64,000 nt of DNA from Alphaproteobacteria bacterium (GTDB lineage: Bacteria; Pseudomonadota; Alphaproteobacteria; UBA828), in contig CBDCQT010000013.1 in assembly GCA_965220745.1 (NCBI GenBank), positions 480,001 through 544,000 on the forward strand, in the 5' to 3' direction. Each line of letters opens with the position of its first letter. The first letter of the stretch is position 1. Below the pieces are notes generated by a model. It was not told the origin of the DNA. It saw only the letters and a list, made by a program, of their open reading frames with translations, and ran no database searches. The position numbers were made by a program, and so were the translations under genes. Below are positions 38,516 to 47,511 of this stretch, piece after piece.

Positions 38516-40204
38516 ATGGCCAAGAAAGAAATCCACCAAGCCGAGGAGGCCCGCGAGCGCCTTCTCGAAGGTGTCGACATCCTCACCGACGCCGTATCGG
38601 TCACGCTCGGCCCGAAGGGCCGCACCGTGGTCTATCAGACGGCGGGCGGCGACGGGCGGATCACGAAGGACGGCGTGACCGTCGCCAAGGAGATCGAGCT
38701 CGAGGATCGGCTCCAGGACATGGGCGCCCGGCTCGTCCGCGAGGCCGCGACTCACACCGAGAAATCCGCCGGCGATGGCACCACCACCGCGACCATCCTC
38801 GCTCGTGCGCTCGCACGCGAGGGCGCCAAGGCGGTTGCGGCGGGCATGAACCCGATGGACCTGCGCCGCGGCATCGACCGCGCCGTCGATGCGGTGGTCG
38901 AAGAGATCGGCAAGAAGTCCAAGCGAGTGAAGACCCGTGAGGAGATCACGCAGGTGGCGACCGTCGCCGCCAACAATGACCCGGTGGTGGGCGACATGAT
39001 CTCGCAGGCCATGGAAGAGGTGGGCGAGCGCGGCGTCATCACCATCGAGGAAGCAGCCGGCATCGACACTGAGCTCGATGTCGTCGAGGGCATGAACTTC
39101 GACAAGGGCTACGTGTCGCCCTATTTCGTGACCAATGCCGAGCGCATGACGGTGGAACTCGACGACGCCTACGTCCTGGTGCACCAGGAAAAGCTCACCA
39201 GCATGCAGGAGCTGCTGCCGGTGTTGGAGAAAGTGGGTCAGACCGGCAAGCCGCTCGCGATCATCGCCGAAGACGTGGACGGCGAGGCGCTGGCGACCCT
39301 GGTGGTCAACCGGCTGCGCGGCGGCCTCAAGGCTGCGGCGGCCAAGGCACCGGCCTTCGGCGACCGGCGCAAGGCCATGCTCGAGGATATCGCCGTGCTC
39401 ACCGGCGGCACCGTGGTCAACAAAGAGCAGGGCATCAAGCTGGAGAGCATCACGCTCGACCAACTCGGCACGGCCAAGCGGGTCGAGATGAGCAAGGACG
39501 AGACCGTGATCGTCGGCGGGGGCGGCACCAAGAAGGCCATCAACGAACGCTGCCAGCAGCTCCGCACCGAGATCGAGACCACCGATTCCGAATACGACCA
39601 GGAGCGCTTCGAGGAGCGGCTCGCCAAGCTGGTCGGCGGGGTCGCCATTCTCAGGGTCGGCGGCGATAGCGAAATCGAGGTCAAGGAGAAGAAGGAGCTC
39701 GTCGAAGACGCCATGCGCGCCACGCGCGCGGCGGTAGAGGAGGGCGTCGTCGCCGGCGGCGGCGTAGCGCTGCTCGCGGCCTCGCGCAAGCTCGACAAGC
39801 TGCAGGGGGACAATGCCGACCAGGATCGCGGTATCGCTATCGTGCGGAGCGCGATCCGCACGCCCACCCGCCATATCGCGGAGAACGCCGGCGCCGACGG
39901 CTCGCTCGTGGTGGGAACGCTGCTCGACGGTCGCGGCGCGACCCGGGGGTTCGACGCCCAGGAGGGCCAGTACTGCGACATGATCGAGGCCGGCATTCTG
40001 GATCCGGCCAAGGTCGTGCGCACCGCGCTTCAGGACGCCGCGTCCATCGCCGGACTTCTGATCATGACCGAGGCCGGCATCGCCGAGATTCCCGAGGCGC
40101 CACCGCCGATGCCGCCGGGCGGCGGCGGCATGCACGGAATGGGAGGCATGGGCGGTATGGGCGGTATGGGTGGCATGCCCGGTATGGGTGGCATGGGCAT
40201 GTAA
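38516..40204 (+). CDS. groEL: Chaperonin GroEL (divergent paralog)
   Basis: [38 protein letters not shown]-repeat tail. Confidence 0.97.
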   Translation: MAKKEIHQAEEARERLLEGVDILTDAVSVTLGPKGRTVVYQTAGGDGRITKDGVTVAKEIELEDRLQDMGARLVREAATHTEKSAGDGTTTATILARALAREGAKAVAAGMNPMDLRRGIDRAVDAVVEEIGKKSKRVKTREEITQVATVAANNDPVVGDMISQAMEEVGERGVITIEEAAGIDTELDVVEGMNFDKGYVSPYFVTNAERMTVELDDAYVLVHQEKLTSMQELLPVLEKVGQTGKPLAIIAEDVDGEALATLVVNRLRGGLKAAAAKAPAFGDRRKAMLEDIAVLTGGTVVNKEQGIKLESITLDQLGTAKRVEMSKDETVIVGGGGTKKAINERCQQLRTEIETTDSEYDQERFEERLAKLVGGVAILRVGGDSEIEVKEKKELVEDAMRATRAAVEEGVVAGGGVALLAASRKLDKLQGDNADQDRGIAIVRSAIRTPTRHIAENAGADGSLVVGTLLDGRGATRGFDAQEGQYCDMIEAGILDPAKVVRTALQDAASIAGLLIMTEAGIAEIPEAPPPMPPGGGGMHGMGGMGGMGGMGGMPGMGGMGM

Positions 40205-40232
40205 GTCCGTTCGTTCCATTGCACGTAATCGG

Positions 40233-40258
40233 GAAGGGGGCCGCATGGCCCCCTTCTT
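40233..40258 (+). terminator. Hairpin terminator after groEL
   Basis: GAAGGGGGCC-GCAT-GGCCCCCTTC followed by a short U tract. Confidence 0.7.
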
Positions 40259-40402
40259 CGTGCCGTGTGTTCCGTTTGCATCGCTCTCCGTGCGGGTGTC
40301 TGGGACAAGCAAGCAAAATTTGAGGCGGGACTCGCCGGGATTAAGCGGGATGGGAGGGATGCTGCGGCAGACACGGCGGGTACCTTCCATGACCGCGTCG
40401 CC

Positions 40403-40442
40403 AACGATGGCGCCGATTGTGGAACGATGGCGCCGATTGTGG
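40403..40442. repeat. Perfect 20-bp tandem duplication
   Basis: AACGATGGCGCCGATTGTGG x2. Confidence 0.9.
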
Positions 40443-40603
40443 AAAAAAGCCGCCCGCGAGACGAGCACCCGCTCACCCTGTTCCCGCATGCCTCGACTTT
40501 CGTTTTCTTGCGCTTCATGGCGCGATGCTGCCGCCAGCCGCACGCGCCGTACACCGCACTATGGTCCGGGGCACGCGGAACATAGAATCACCGGTCTGGA
40601 GCG

Positions 40604-40717
40604 CCCCTCCTCACCCCGGCCCTCTCCTCCCCGCGGGGGAGGAGAGGGAGAGTTAGCCGGCGCCACCTACGTCCCCTCTCCGCCCTTTCAGGGGGGAGAG
40701 GGACAGGGAGAGGTGGG
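40604..40717. repeat. Bipartite palindromic REP-like element (CCCTCTCC...GGAGAGGG class)
   Basis: Two inverted units: CCCTCTCCTCCCC-GCG-GGGGAGGAGAGGG and CCCTCTCCGCCC-TTTCA-GGGGGGAGAGGG, with complementary outer arms. Confidence 0.8.
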
Positions 40718-40966
40718 TGTGTGTGCTGGCGCCAGGCAATTGATGAAATGAATAGACGGCGGGGAGGGCGGGTCGAGGTGGAGTGTGCACGCCCGAGTCG
40801 CGGAAGCCCGTAGTGCGAGAAGGGTTGCGAGAGCCTCAAAGCTCCCGCGCGCCAAGATGAGATGTGGGGGCATAGCCGGCGAGCGCCTTACTTAAGGGGC
40901 GCTGACGACATTATGGGCTAACCCGCACGTTTTGCGCCATTTTGCGCCTACCCCAAAGCTTTGGGC

Positions 40967-40995
40967 TTGGAGCCTGTAGCGCTGGATGATATAGT
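40967..40995 (+). promoter_or_regulatory. Putative sigma70 promoter for the GIY-YIG cassette
   Basis: TTGGAG-N17-TATAGT with an extended -10 TG. Confidence 0.5.
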
Positions 40996-41006
40996 GTGTC
41001 TGACTA

Positions 41007-41088
41007 GTGCGGTGAGCCTCGTGGAGGAGGCTCACCGCGTGCCCCGCGAAGCTTTATGGGCCGCTGCGGGACGGCGCCTAAAGGCACC
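41007..41088 (+). ncRNA. Structured 5' leader (three hairpins)
   Basis: Perfect 12-bp GCGGTGAGCCTC/GAGGCTCACCGC, then CCCGCG...TGCGGG and GGCGCC-TAAA-GGCACC. Confidence 0.4.
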
Positions 41089-41142
41089 AATATCATAGCG
41101 TCGGCGTCAGGCGGCCTCAACCTCGGAAGAGAGGAGGACGCG

Positions 41143-41340
41143 ATGGCGCGCGAGCCACGCAACACCTACAAGTACCGGTATTGGTATCGCGGCAGAGTGG
41201 TTCACCACGGTATTACCAACGACCTTGAGCGCCGTGAGAGGGAGCACCAGCGGAGATGGCCTGGTGGCCAAATCCAGCAAGTAGGTCTCAAGACCACGAG
41301 AAGTGCGGCTGAAGAGTGGGAAAGGCAACGAGGCTATTAG
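41143..41340 (+). CDS. Minimal (65 aa) GIY-YIG-like nuclease-domain protein
   Basis: GAGGAGG RBS; TYKY...VHHGITNDLERREREH...WE pattern matches GIY-YIG Y..G.T.DL.RR..EH..E. Confidence 0.7.
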   Translation: MAREPRNTYKYRYWYRGRVVHHGITNDLERREREHQRRWPGGQIQQVGLKTTRSAAEEWERQRGY

Positions 41341-41354
41341 ACCACCGTACCGTG

Positions 41355-41409
41355 TCGAGTGAGCCCTCGTCCGAGGCCCCACCAGGGCTTTGGACGGGGC
41401 CGCACTCGA
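41355..41409 (+). other. Long (~23 bp) stem-loop immediately 3' of the GIY-YIG gene
   Basis: TCGAGTGAGCCCTCGTCCGAGGCCC-CACCA-GGGCTTTGGACGGGGCCGCACTCGA, with G.U pairs and no U tract. Confidence 0.6.
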
Positions 41410-41509
41410 ACTCGTGCCGCAGAGGCTTGCGACGAAAGACATCTTTGCCTCTACCCGACCATCTCCGCTCTCAGGGTGGAAAAGCGCGGGGAGGGGTGAA
41501 AACTCCGCT

Positions 41510-42424
41510 CTATTCGTCCCGCGTCGGGTTGGTCGTTTTTGAGCCCGGTGCCGATGGCCCGCGCCCGGCAAGCTTCGCCTGCTCCCACAGGCGGTCCAGC
41601 TCGGCGAGGCCGACGTCGGCGGCGCTCTGGCCCGAGTCCGCCAGGGCCGCCTCGACATGGTGGAAGCGCGCGGTGAACTTGGCGTTGGCGGCGCGCAGCG
41701 CGGCCTCGGGCTCCACGCCTAGGTGCCGGCCGAGATTGACGCACGCAAACAGCAGGTCGCCGATCTCCTCGGCAACCGCCGCCCGATCACCCGCCGGGTC
41801 GCCCGGCGCCTGCACCGCCGTGGCCTCACGCAGCTCCGCCACCTCTTCCAGCACCTTGGCGAACACCGGCTCGGGCCCCGGCCAGTCGAAGCCCACACGC
41901 GCCGCGCGTTTTTGGAGCTTCTCGGCGCGCAGCAGGGCAGGGAGGGCCAGCGCGACGCCATCCAGCACGCTGGGCCGGCGTCCTTCGGCCTCGGCCTTGG
42001 CCTCGCGCTCGGCCGCCTTCTGGGCCTCCCAGGAGCCCATCTGCGCCGGTGCCGAGTGCCGTGCCTCGGTCTCGTCATCGCCGAAGACGTTGGGATGGCG
42101 GCGGATCATCTTCTCCGCGATGCCGCGCGCGACCTCGTCGAAGTCGAAGCTGCCGTCCTCCCGCGCCATCTGGGCGTGGAAGACCACCTGCAGCAGCAGA
42201 TCGCCCAGCTCGTCGCGGAGCGCCGCGCGGTCGTCCTGCCGGATCGCCTCGGCGACCTCGTAGGCTTCCTCGATGGTGTAGGGCGCGATGGTCGCGAAGC
42301 TCTGCTCGAGGTCCCACGGGCAGCCGCCGTCCGGATTGCGCAGCCGCGCCATCACGTCGAGCAGCCGATCGATGCCGGCAGAGGTAGCAGTATCCTCGCG
42401 GTCCGGCGGCGGCGCGTCGCTCAT
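41510..42424 (-). CDS. mazG: Nucleoside triphosphate pyrophosphohydrolase MazG
   Basis: GCPWDLEQ, IEEAYEV, DELGDLL, IRRHP, EEIGDLLF. Confidence 0.96.
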   Translation of the reverse strand: MSDAPPPDREDTATSAGIDRLLDVMARLRNPDGGCPWDLEQSFATIAPYTIEEAYEVAEAIRQDDRAALRDELGDLLLQVVFHAQMAREDGSFDFDEVARGIAEKMIRRHPNVFGDDETEARHSAPAQMGSWEAQKAAEREAKAEAEGRRPSVLDGVALALPALLRAEKLQKRAARVGFDWPGPEPVFAKVLEEVAELREATAVQAPGDPAGDRAAVAEEIGDLLFACVNLGRHLGVEPEAALRAANAKFTARFHHVEAALADSGQSAADVGLAELDRLWEQAKLAGRGPSAPGSKTTNPTRDE

Positions 42425-42537
42425 CGATTCGGGTCCATGTCGGCCGCAGGCGGAATGACGGAGCAGCGCCCGGGTCGGGGCAGGCCCGCGCACGCCGCCC
42501 GAATAGCCGCCCGGTCCGCCCGGCCACTCTGAGGCCT

Positions 42538-42565
42538 AATTCGCATAAGATATATTATGGTAAAT
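42538..42565 (+). other. dif: Chromosomal dif site (XerC/XerD)
   Basis: AATTCGCATAA-GATATA-TTATGGTAAAT vs E. coli GGTGCGCATAA-TGTATA-TTATGTTAAAT; intergenic; KOPS polarity converges here. Confidence 0.9.
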
Positions 42566-42614
42566 AATGGACGGTTTCGATAGTTCAAGGCGCCACAATG
42601 GCTTAGAACGCCCA

Positions 42615-43385
42615 TCACAGCGCATCCGTCTCGATTACGAGCCCGTCGTGGCCCGGCACGACGCCGGCCGGCAGCGCCGCCCGCAGCGTCTCGTAGTCGA
42701 ACTGATGGGACATGTGCGTCAGCACCGCAAGCCGCGGCCTCACCCGCGCGATCCATTCCAGCGTAAGGTCGAGGTGCGCGTGCGTGGGATGCTCCCGGTA
42801 TCCCAGGCAATCGACGATCCAGAGCTTGACGCCCTTCAGCGCCGCGAAGGCCTCCTCCGGGAACGCCTTCACGTCGGTGGAATACGCCATGGCGCCGATC
42901 CGGTAGCCGGTGGTGATGCTGCGCCCGTGCTCCTGCGGGAACGGCATCACCGCGATGCCGGCCGCCTCGAACGGCCCTTCGACCGTCACCGGATTGAGGC
43001 TCGGCTTCGCCCAACCCCTTGTGCCCATGGGCTCGAACGCGTAGGCAAAGCGCCCCTGGATCGCCGCCAGCGTCGCGGCCGAGCCATAGGTGTCGAGCGA
43101 CCGCCCGGTATGAAAGTTGATCGAGCGCAGGTCGTCGATGCCATGCACATGATCGGCGTGGCCGTGGGTGTAGAGCACCGCATCCAGGTGCGTGACCTCG
43201 GCATCGACCAGCTGCGCGTGCAGGTCCGGCGGCGTGTCGATCAGGAGCCGCGCGTCGCCCGATTCGACCAGCACCGAGACCCGGCGCCGGCGGTTGCGCG
43301 GGTCGCTCGAGCGGCACACCGCGCAGTCGCAGCCGATCATCGGGACCCCGCTCGACGTGCCGCAGCCGAGAATGGTGATTTTCAT
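42615..43385 (-). CDS. MBL-fold metallo-hydrolase (PhnP-like)
   Basis: LGCGTSSGVP, THGHADHVHGIDD, HPTH, THMSH; downstream of tatD. Confidence 0.92.
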   Translation of the reverse strand: MKITILGCGTSSGVPMIGCDCAVCRSSDPRNRRRRVSVLVESGDARLLIDTPPDLHAQLVDAEVTHLDAVLYTHGHADHVHGIDDLRSINFHTGRSLDTYGSAATLAAIQGRFAYAFEPMGTRGWAKPSLNPVTVEGPFEAAGIAVMPFPQEHGRSITTGYRIGAMAYSTDVKAFPEEAFAALKGVKLWIVDCLGYREHPTHAHLDLTLEWIARVRPRLAVLTHMSHQFDYETLRAALPAGVVPGHDGLVIETDAL

Positions 43386-44176
43386 GCCGAATCAGGCGAA
43401 TGCGGCGTGGACTTGGAGAACAGCCTGAAGAAGTTCTCGGTGGTCACGCGGGCCAGTTCGGCCTCGTCCAGCCCCTTGATCTCGGCCAGCCGGGCGGCGG
43501 TGTGCACCACGTGCGCGGGCTCGTTGCGCCGGCCGCGATGGGGTACCGGCGCGAGATAGGGCGCATCGGTCTCCACCAGTAGCCGGTCCACCGACACGTC
43601 GCGGGCGACGGCGCGCACCTCCTCGGCCTTCTTGAAGGTGAGGATGCCTGAGAACGAAACGTGAAGGCCGATATCGAGCGCGGTCTCGGCCACCGCGCGG
43701 CCTGCGCTGAAGCAGTGGATGACGCCGGGGAAGGCCCCCTTCCCCGCCTCCTCCCGCAGGATTCGGCAGGTGTCCTCGTCCGCAGACCGCGTGTGCACGA
43801 TCAGCGGCAGCCCGGTCTCGCGCGCCGCCGCGATGTGCTGGCGGAAACTCGCCTCCTGCTGCGGCCGCGGGCTGTTGTCGTAGTGGAAATCCAGCCCGGT
43901 CTCACCGATGCCGATCACCTTCGGGTGCACCGCCATGCGCACCAGGTGCTCGGCGCTCACCTCCGGCTCCTCGGCCACGTGGTGCGGATGGATTCCGACC
44001 GAGCACCAGATCCGCTCGTGGTCCTCGGCCAGCCCTCGCACGGTATCGAACTGAGTCACCCGCGTGCAGATGGTCTGCACGGTGCCGACGCCCGCCTCGG
44101 CCGCACGCGCAAGCACGCCGTCGAGGTCGTCGCCGAAGTCGGGAAAGTCCAGATGGCAGTGGCTGTCGACCAGCAT
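43382..44176 (-). CDS. tatD: TatD family DNase
   Basis: DSHCHLD, GIHPH, IGETGLD, IHCFS, ETDAPYL. Confidence 0.95.
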   Translation of the reverse strand: MLVDSHCHLDFPDFGDDLDGVLARAAEAGVGTVQTICTRVTQFDTVRGLAEDHERIWCSVGIHPHHVAEEPEVSAEHLVRMAVHPKVIGIGETGLDFHYDNSPRPQQEASFRQHIAAARETGLPLIVHTRSADEDTCRILREEAGKGAFPGVIHCFSAGRAVAETALDIGLHVSFSGILTFKKAEEVRAVARDVSVDRLLVETDAPYLAPVPHRGRRNEPAHVVHTAARLAEIKGLDEAELARVTTENFFRLFSKSTPHSPDSA

Positions 44177-44196
44177 CCACGCGCTCACTTCTAACT

Positions 44197-45756
44197 TCAG
44201 GAGTCCGCGCTATCCTCCACGAATCGCGGGAAAACCGGCGCCGGCTTCGGCAGCGGCGCGCCCGCCGCAAGCCGCCCGTCCACGCCGAGCGCCGCGAGAC
44301 CGCGCGCCTCCGCCGCCACCCCCAGCTGGTCCAGCATCCGCCCGCTGGACTCCGGCATGAACGCCTGCGTCAGCACCGCGAGGTGGCGCAGGGTCTCCAT
44401 CACCACGTAGAGCACCGTCGCCATGCGCGCCGGGTCCTCCTTTCGCAGCACCCAGGGCGCCTGCTCGTCGACGTAGCGGTTGGCCTGCCCCACCACCTCC
44501 CAGATGTGGATCAGCGCCCGGTGGAACGACTGCTCGCCGATGTCCGCGCGCACCGTATCCACCAGCGCCTCCGCCGCGCCCAGCATCGCCTCGTCCGCTG
44601 CCGTGAAGGCGCCGGGCTCCGGCACCGCAGCATCGCAGTTGCGGTAGGCCATGGTCAGCACCCGCTGCGCCAGGTTGCCGTAGTCGTTGGCCAGGTCGTC
44701 GTTCATGCGCCCCACGATCGCCCGGTGCGAGAAGTCGCCGTCGCTGCCGAAGGGCAGCGCGCGCAGCAGGAAGTAGCGCACGGCATCCAGCCCGTAGCGC
44801 GCGACGATCTGGTGCGGATCGATCACGTTGCCGAGCGACTTCGACATCTTCTCGCCTTCGTTGGTCCACCAACCGTGGGCGAAGACCCGCGTCGGTGGCT
44901 CCACCCCCGCCGCCATCAGGAAGGCCGGCCAGTAGACCGTGTGGAAGCGCAGGATGTCCTTCCCCACCATGTGCAGGTCGGCGGGCCAGTAGGTGCGCCA
45001 GGTGTCGCACTCGGTGTCGGGGAAGCCGGCGGCGCTGATGTAGTTGGTGAGCGCGTCGAGCCACACGTACATGGTGTGATCCGGCGCGTCCGGCACCGGA
45101 ATGCCCCATTTTAGGCTCGCGCGGGATATCGAAAGGTCGTTCAGCCCGCCGGAGACGAAGCTGATGACCTCGTTGCGCCGGCTCTCGGGTGCCACCGCCT
45201 GCGGGTTCTTCTCGTAGAACTCCAGCAGCCGCTCCTGCCAGTCGGAGAGGCGGAAGAAATAGCTCGGCTCCTCCACCCATTCCACCGGCGAGCCGTCCGC
45301 CACCGTCACCTTGCCGCCGCCGGGGCCGTCCGTGACCTCCGCCTCGGTGCAGAAAGCCTCGTCCCGCACCGAGTACCAGCCCGCATACTTGTCGAGGTAG
45401 ATGTGGCCGTTGGCCGCGATGCGGCGCCACAGCTCTTGGCACGAGCGCGTGTGACGGTCCTCGGTGGTGCGAATGAAGTCGTCGTTGCTGTAGCCCATCA
45501 CCCCGCCAAGCGCGCGGAAGCGCTCCGAGACCTGGTCGACGAACTTTTGGGGCTCCATTCCGGCGGCGATCGCGGATTTCTGGACCTTCTGGCCGTGCTC
45601 GTCGGTGCCGGTGAGGAACATCACGTCGCGCCCGTCGAGCCGCATGAAGCGGGCCAGCACGTCGCAGGCGAGCGAGGTGTAGGCGTGCCCGATGTGGGGC
45701 GAATCGTTCACGTAGTAGATCGGTGTGCTGAGGTAGTAGGCCGCTCGGGGCGCCAT
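44197..45756 (-). CDS. metG: Methionine--tRNA ligase
   Basis: HIGH, GTDEHG, YVWLDAL, KMSKS. Confidence 0.97.
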   Translation of the reverse strand: MAPRAAYYLSTPIYYVNDSPHIGHAYTSLACDVLARFMRLDGRDVMFLTGTDEHGQKVQKSAIAAGMEPQKFVDQVSERFRALGGVMGYSNDDFIRTTEDRHTRSCQELWRRIAANGHIYLDKYAGWYSVRDEAFCTEAEVTDGPGGGKVTVADGSPVEWVEEPSYFFRLSDWQERLLEFYEKNPQAVAPESRRNEVISFVSGGLNDLSISRASLKWGIPVPDAPDHTMYVWLDALTNYISAAGFPDTECDTWRTYWPADLHMVGKDILRFHTVYWPAFLMAAGVEPPTRVFAHGWWTNEGEKMSKSLGNVIDPHQIVARYGLDAVRYFLLRALPFGSDGDFSHRAIVGRMNDDLANDYGNLAQRVLTMAYRNCDAAVPEPGAFTAADEAMLGAAEALVDTVRADIGEQSFHRALIHIWEVVGQANRYVDEQAPWVLRKEDPARMATVLYVVMETLRHLAVLTQAFMPESSGRMLDQLGVAAEARGLAALGVDGRLAAGAPLPKPAPVFPRFVEDSADS

Positions 45757-45775
45757 CGGCTTCCGGTCCTGCGGT

Positions 45776-46855
45776 TCAGGCCCGCGCGGCCTCCTGCAGC
45801 GATGTGAACGCGCCGATCAGGACCTGCCGGGGGTCAAGGTTGAGCCCGTCCGCCTCCGCAAACGAGCGGCCGAGGTTTTCCCACACGCCGACCCAGCGAT
45901 CAAGCGCGGCTCCCTGCATGAGCGCCGCGCTCGCCCTCTCGCCCGGCACGACCTCCTCCATGGACTCGAGCTCGCCGCGTGCCGCCGCCCGGATAGATCG
46001 GCCCAGCCACCAGAGGATCAGCTCGCTGAGCGTGCGCATCCGGTCGACCCCGTCCCGCCCGCCGAGCCCGTCGGCAAGCTGGTGTAGCGGGCGCACGTCG
46101 AGCGCGGGCAGCGCCCCGACGAGGCCGATGAGCCGCCGGTAGAGTGCGACTCCGCCCTGCTCCGCCAGCGCCGCCGCGCGGCCGGGGCTGCCTTCGGCGA
46201 GCAGCCCCAACACGCGGCGTTCTGCCGCCGGCAAGCCGGGCATCGCGTCTGCCAGCAGCCCGTCCAGCGCCGGCGCAGGCAGCGGCGAAAGCGTGAGCGG
46301 GCGGCAGCGCGAGCGCAGCGTCGCCGGCATCCGGCTCGGCGCGTGGCTGACCAGGAGGAACAGCACACGGCTGGGCGGCTCCTCCAGGCGCTTGAGCAGG
46401 GCGTTCGCGGCGTTCCGATTCATCTCCTCCGCCGCATCGACGATCACCACCCGCCAGCCGCCCTCGCCGGCCGTGAGCGAGAGGAAGGCGTTGGCCTTGC
46501 GCACGTCGTCCACCACGATCTCGGCGCGGAGCCGCCTGCGATCGCCGAGGCCCCGCTCGATCACGGCGAGGTCGCTGTGTCCGCCCGCCGCGGTGCGCTG
46601 GAAGACCGGGTGCTCCGGCGCCATCGCCAGGCCGTCGGCACCGCCGCCCTCGCCGCCTGCGAGTACGAAGCGCGCGAAGCGGTAGGCCAGCGTCGCCTTG
46701 CCGATGCCGCGCGGGCCCGCGATCAGCCAGGCATGCGCGAGCCGTCCGCTGCCCCACGCCTCCCGCAGCGCCCCGGCGGCGGCCTCGTGCCCCACCAGGT
46801 GCGGGTTCTCGCGCGGGACCGGCCAGTCGAAGGCCGAATCGGCGCCCTCAGCCAT
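45776..46855 (-). CDS. holB: DNA polymerase III delta' subunit
   Basis: HAWLIAGPRGIGKATLA, AANALLKRLEEP, TLRSRC. Confidence 0.94.
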   Translation of the reverse strand: MAEGADSAFDWPVPRENPHLVGHEAAAGALREAWGSGRLAHAWLIAGPRGIGKATLAYRFARFVLAGGEGGGADGLAMAPEHPVFQRTAAGGHSDLAVIERGLGDRRRLRAEIVVDDVRKANAFLSLTAGEGGWRVVIVDAAEEMNRNAANALLKRLEEPPSRVLFLLVSHAPSRMPATLRSRCRPLTLSPLPAPALDGLLADAMPGLPAAERRVLGLLAEGSPGRAAALAEQGGVALYRRLIGLVGALPALDVRPLHQLADGLGGRDGVDRMRTLSELILWWLGRSIRAAARGELESMEEVVPGERASAALMQGAALDRWVGVWENLGRSFAEADGLNLDPRQVLIGAFTSLQEAARA

Positions 46856-47486
46856 TGAACGAGACCGGAAGGCGCGCCGCCACGATCTTCTGGATCGCTC
46901 GACCGACCGTGTCCGGGTCCGCCGTGGCATCCACAACCGCGTAACGCCTCTCGTCTGCTTCTGCGCGGGCGAGGAAGCCCCGCCGCACCGTCTCGTGAAA
47001 GTCGGTGCCCATGCGCTCGTAGCGGTTCGATCCCGCGCGCGCGGCGGCCCGCCTCAGCCCTTCCGACACCGGGATGTCCAGCACCACCGTCAAATCCGGC
47101 GCGAAACCTCCGAGAGAGAGGTCGCTGAGGCGCTCCAGCACGCTGAGGTCGGCGCCCTGGCCGTAGCCTTGGTAGACGATCATCGAATCCACAAAGCGGT
47201 CGGAGATGACCCAGAGTCCGCGCTCCAGCGCCGGCTCGATGGTGTGCAGCAGGTGGTCGCGCCGCGCGGCCGCGTGCAGCATGGCCTCGGCCAGCGGCTC
47301 CCAGCGCTCCACGGGGCCGGAGACGAGGAGCCTTCGGATCTCTTCTGCACCGGGAGAGCCGCCGGGCTCACGAGTCAGGACTGTCCCGACGCCTCGTGCT
47401 TCGAGCGCATCGCGAAGCCGGGCGGCTTGAACGGTCTTTCCGGCGCCCTCGCCGCCTTCAAGCGTAATGAAGCGTCCGCGCGTCAT
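46848..47486 (-). CDS. tmk: Thymidylate kinase
   Basis: EGGEGAGKT, TREPGG, DRFVDS..YQG. Confidence 0.96.
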   Translation of the reverse strand: MTRGRFITLEGGEGAGKTVQAARLRDALEARGVGTVLTREPGGSPGAEEIRRLLVSGPVERWEPLAEAMLHAAARRDHLLHTIEPALERGLWVISDRFVDSMIVYQGYGQGADLSVLERLSDLSLGGFAPDLTVVLDIPVSEGLRRAAARAGSNRYERMGTDFHETVRRGFLARAEADERRYAVVDATADPDTVGRAIQKIVAARLPVSFNG

Positions 47487-47511
47487 GCCGCGGAACGACG
47501 GGCCCCCGGCC

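Noticed and set aside
40127-40201. GGCATG/GGTATG tandem repeats
   Set aside because: These simply encode the GroEL GGM tail.
40403-40442. Possible CRISPR repeat
   Set aside because: Two abutting 20-mers with no spacer and no cas genes.
37895-40543. 882-aa minus-strand ORF
   Set aside because: Antisense shadow of groES/groEL, typical of high-GC codon bias; the same applies to the many long overlapping ORFs opposite hydantoinase, trkA, hflX, yhdP and glnE.
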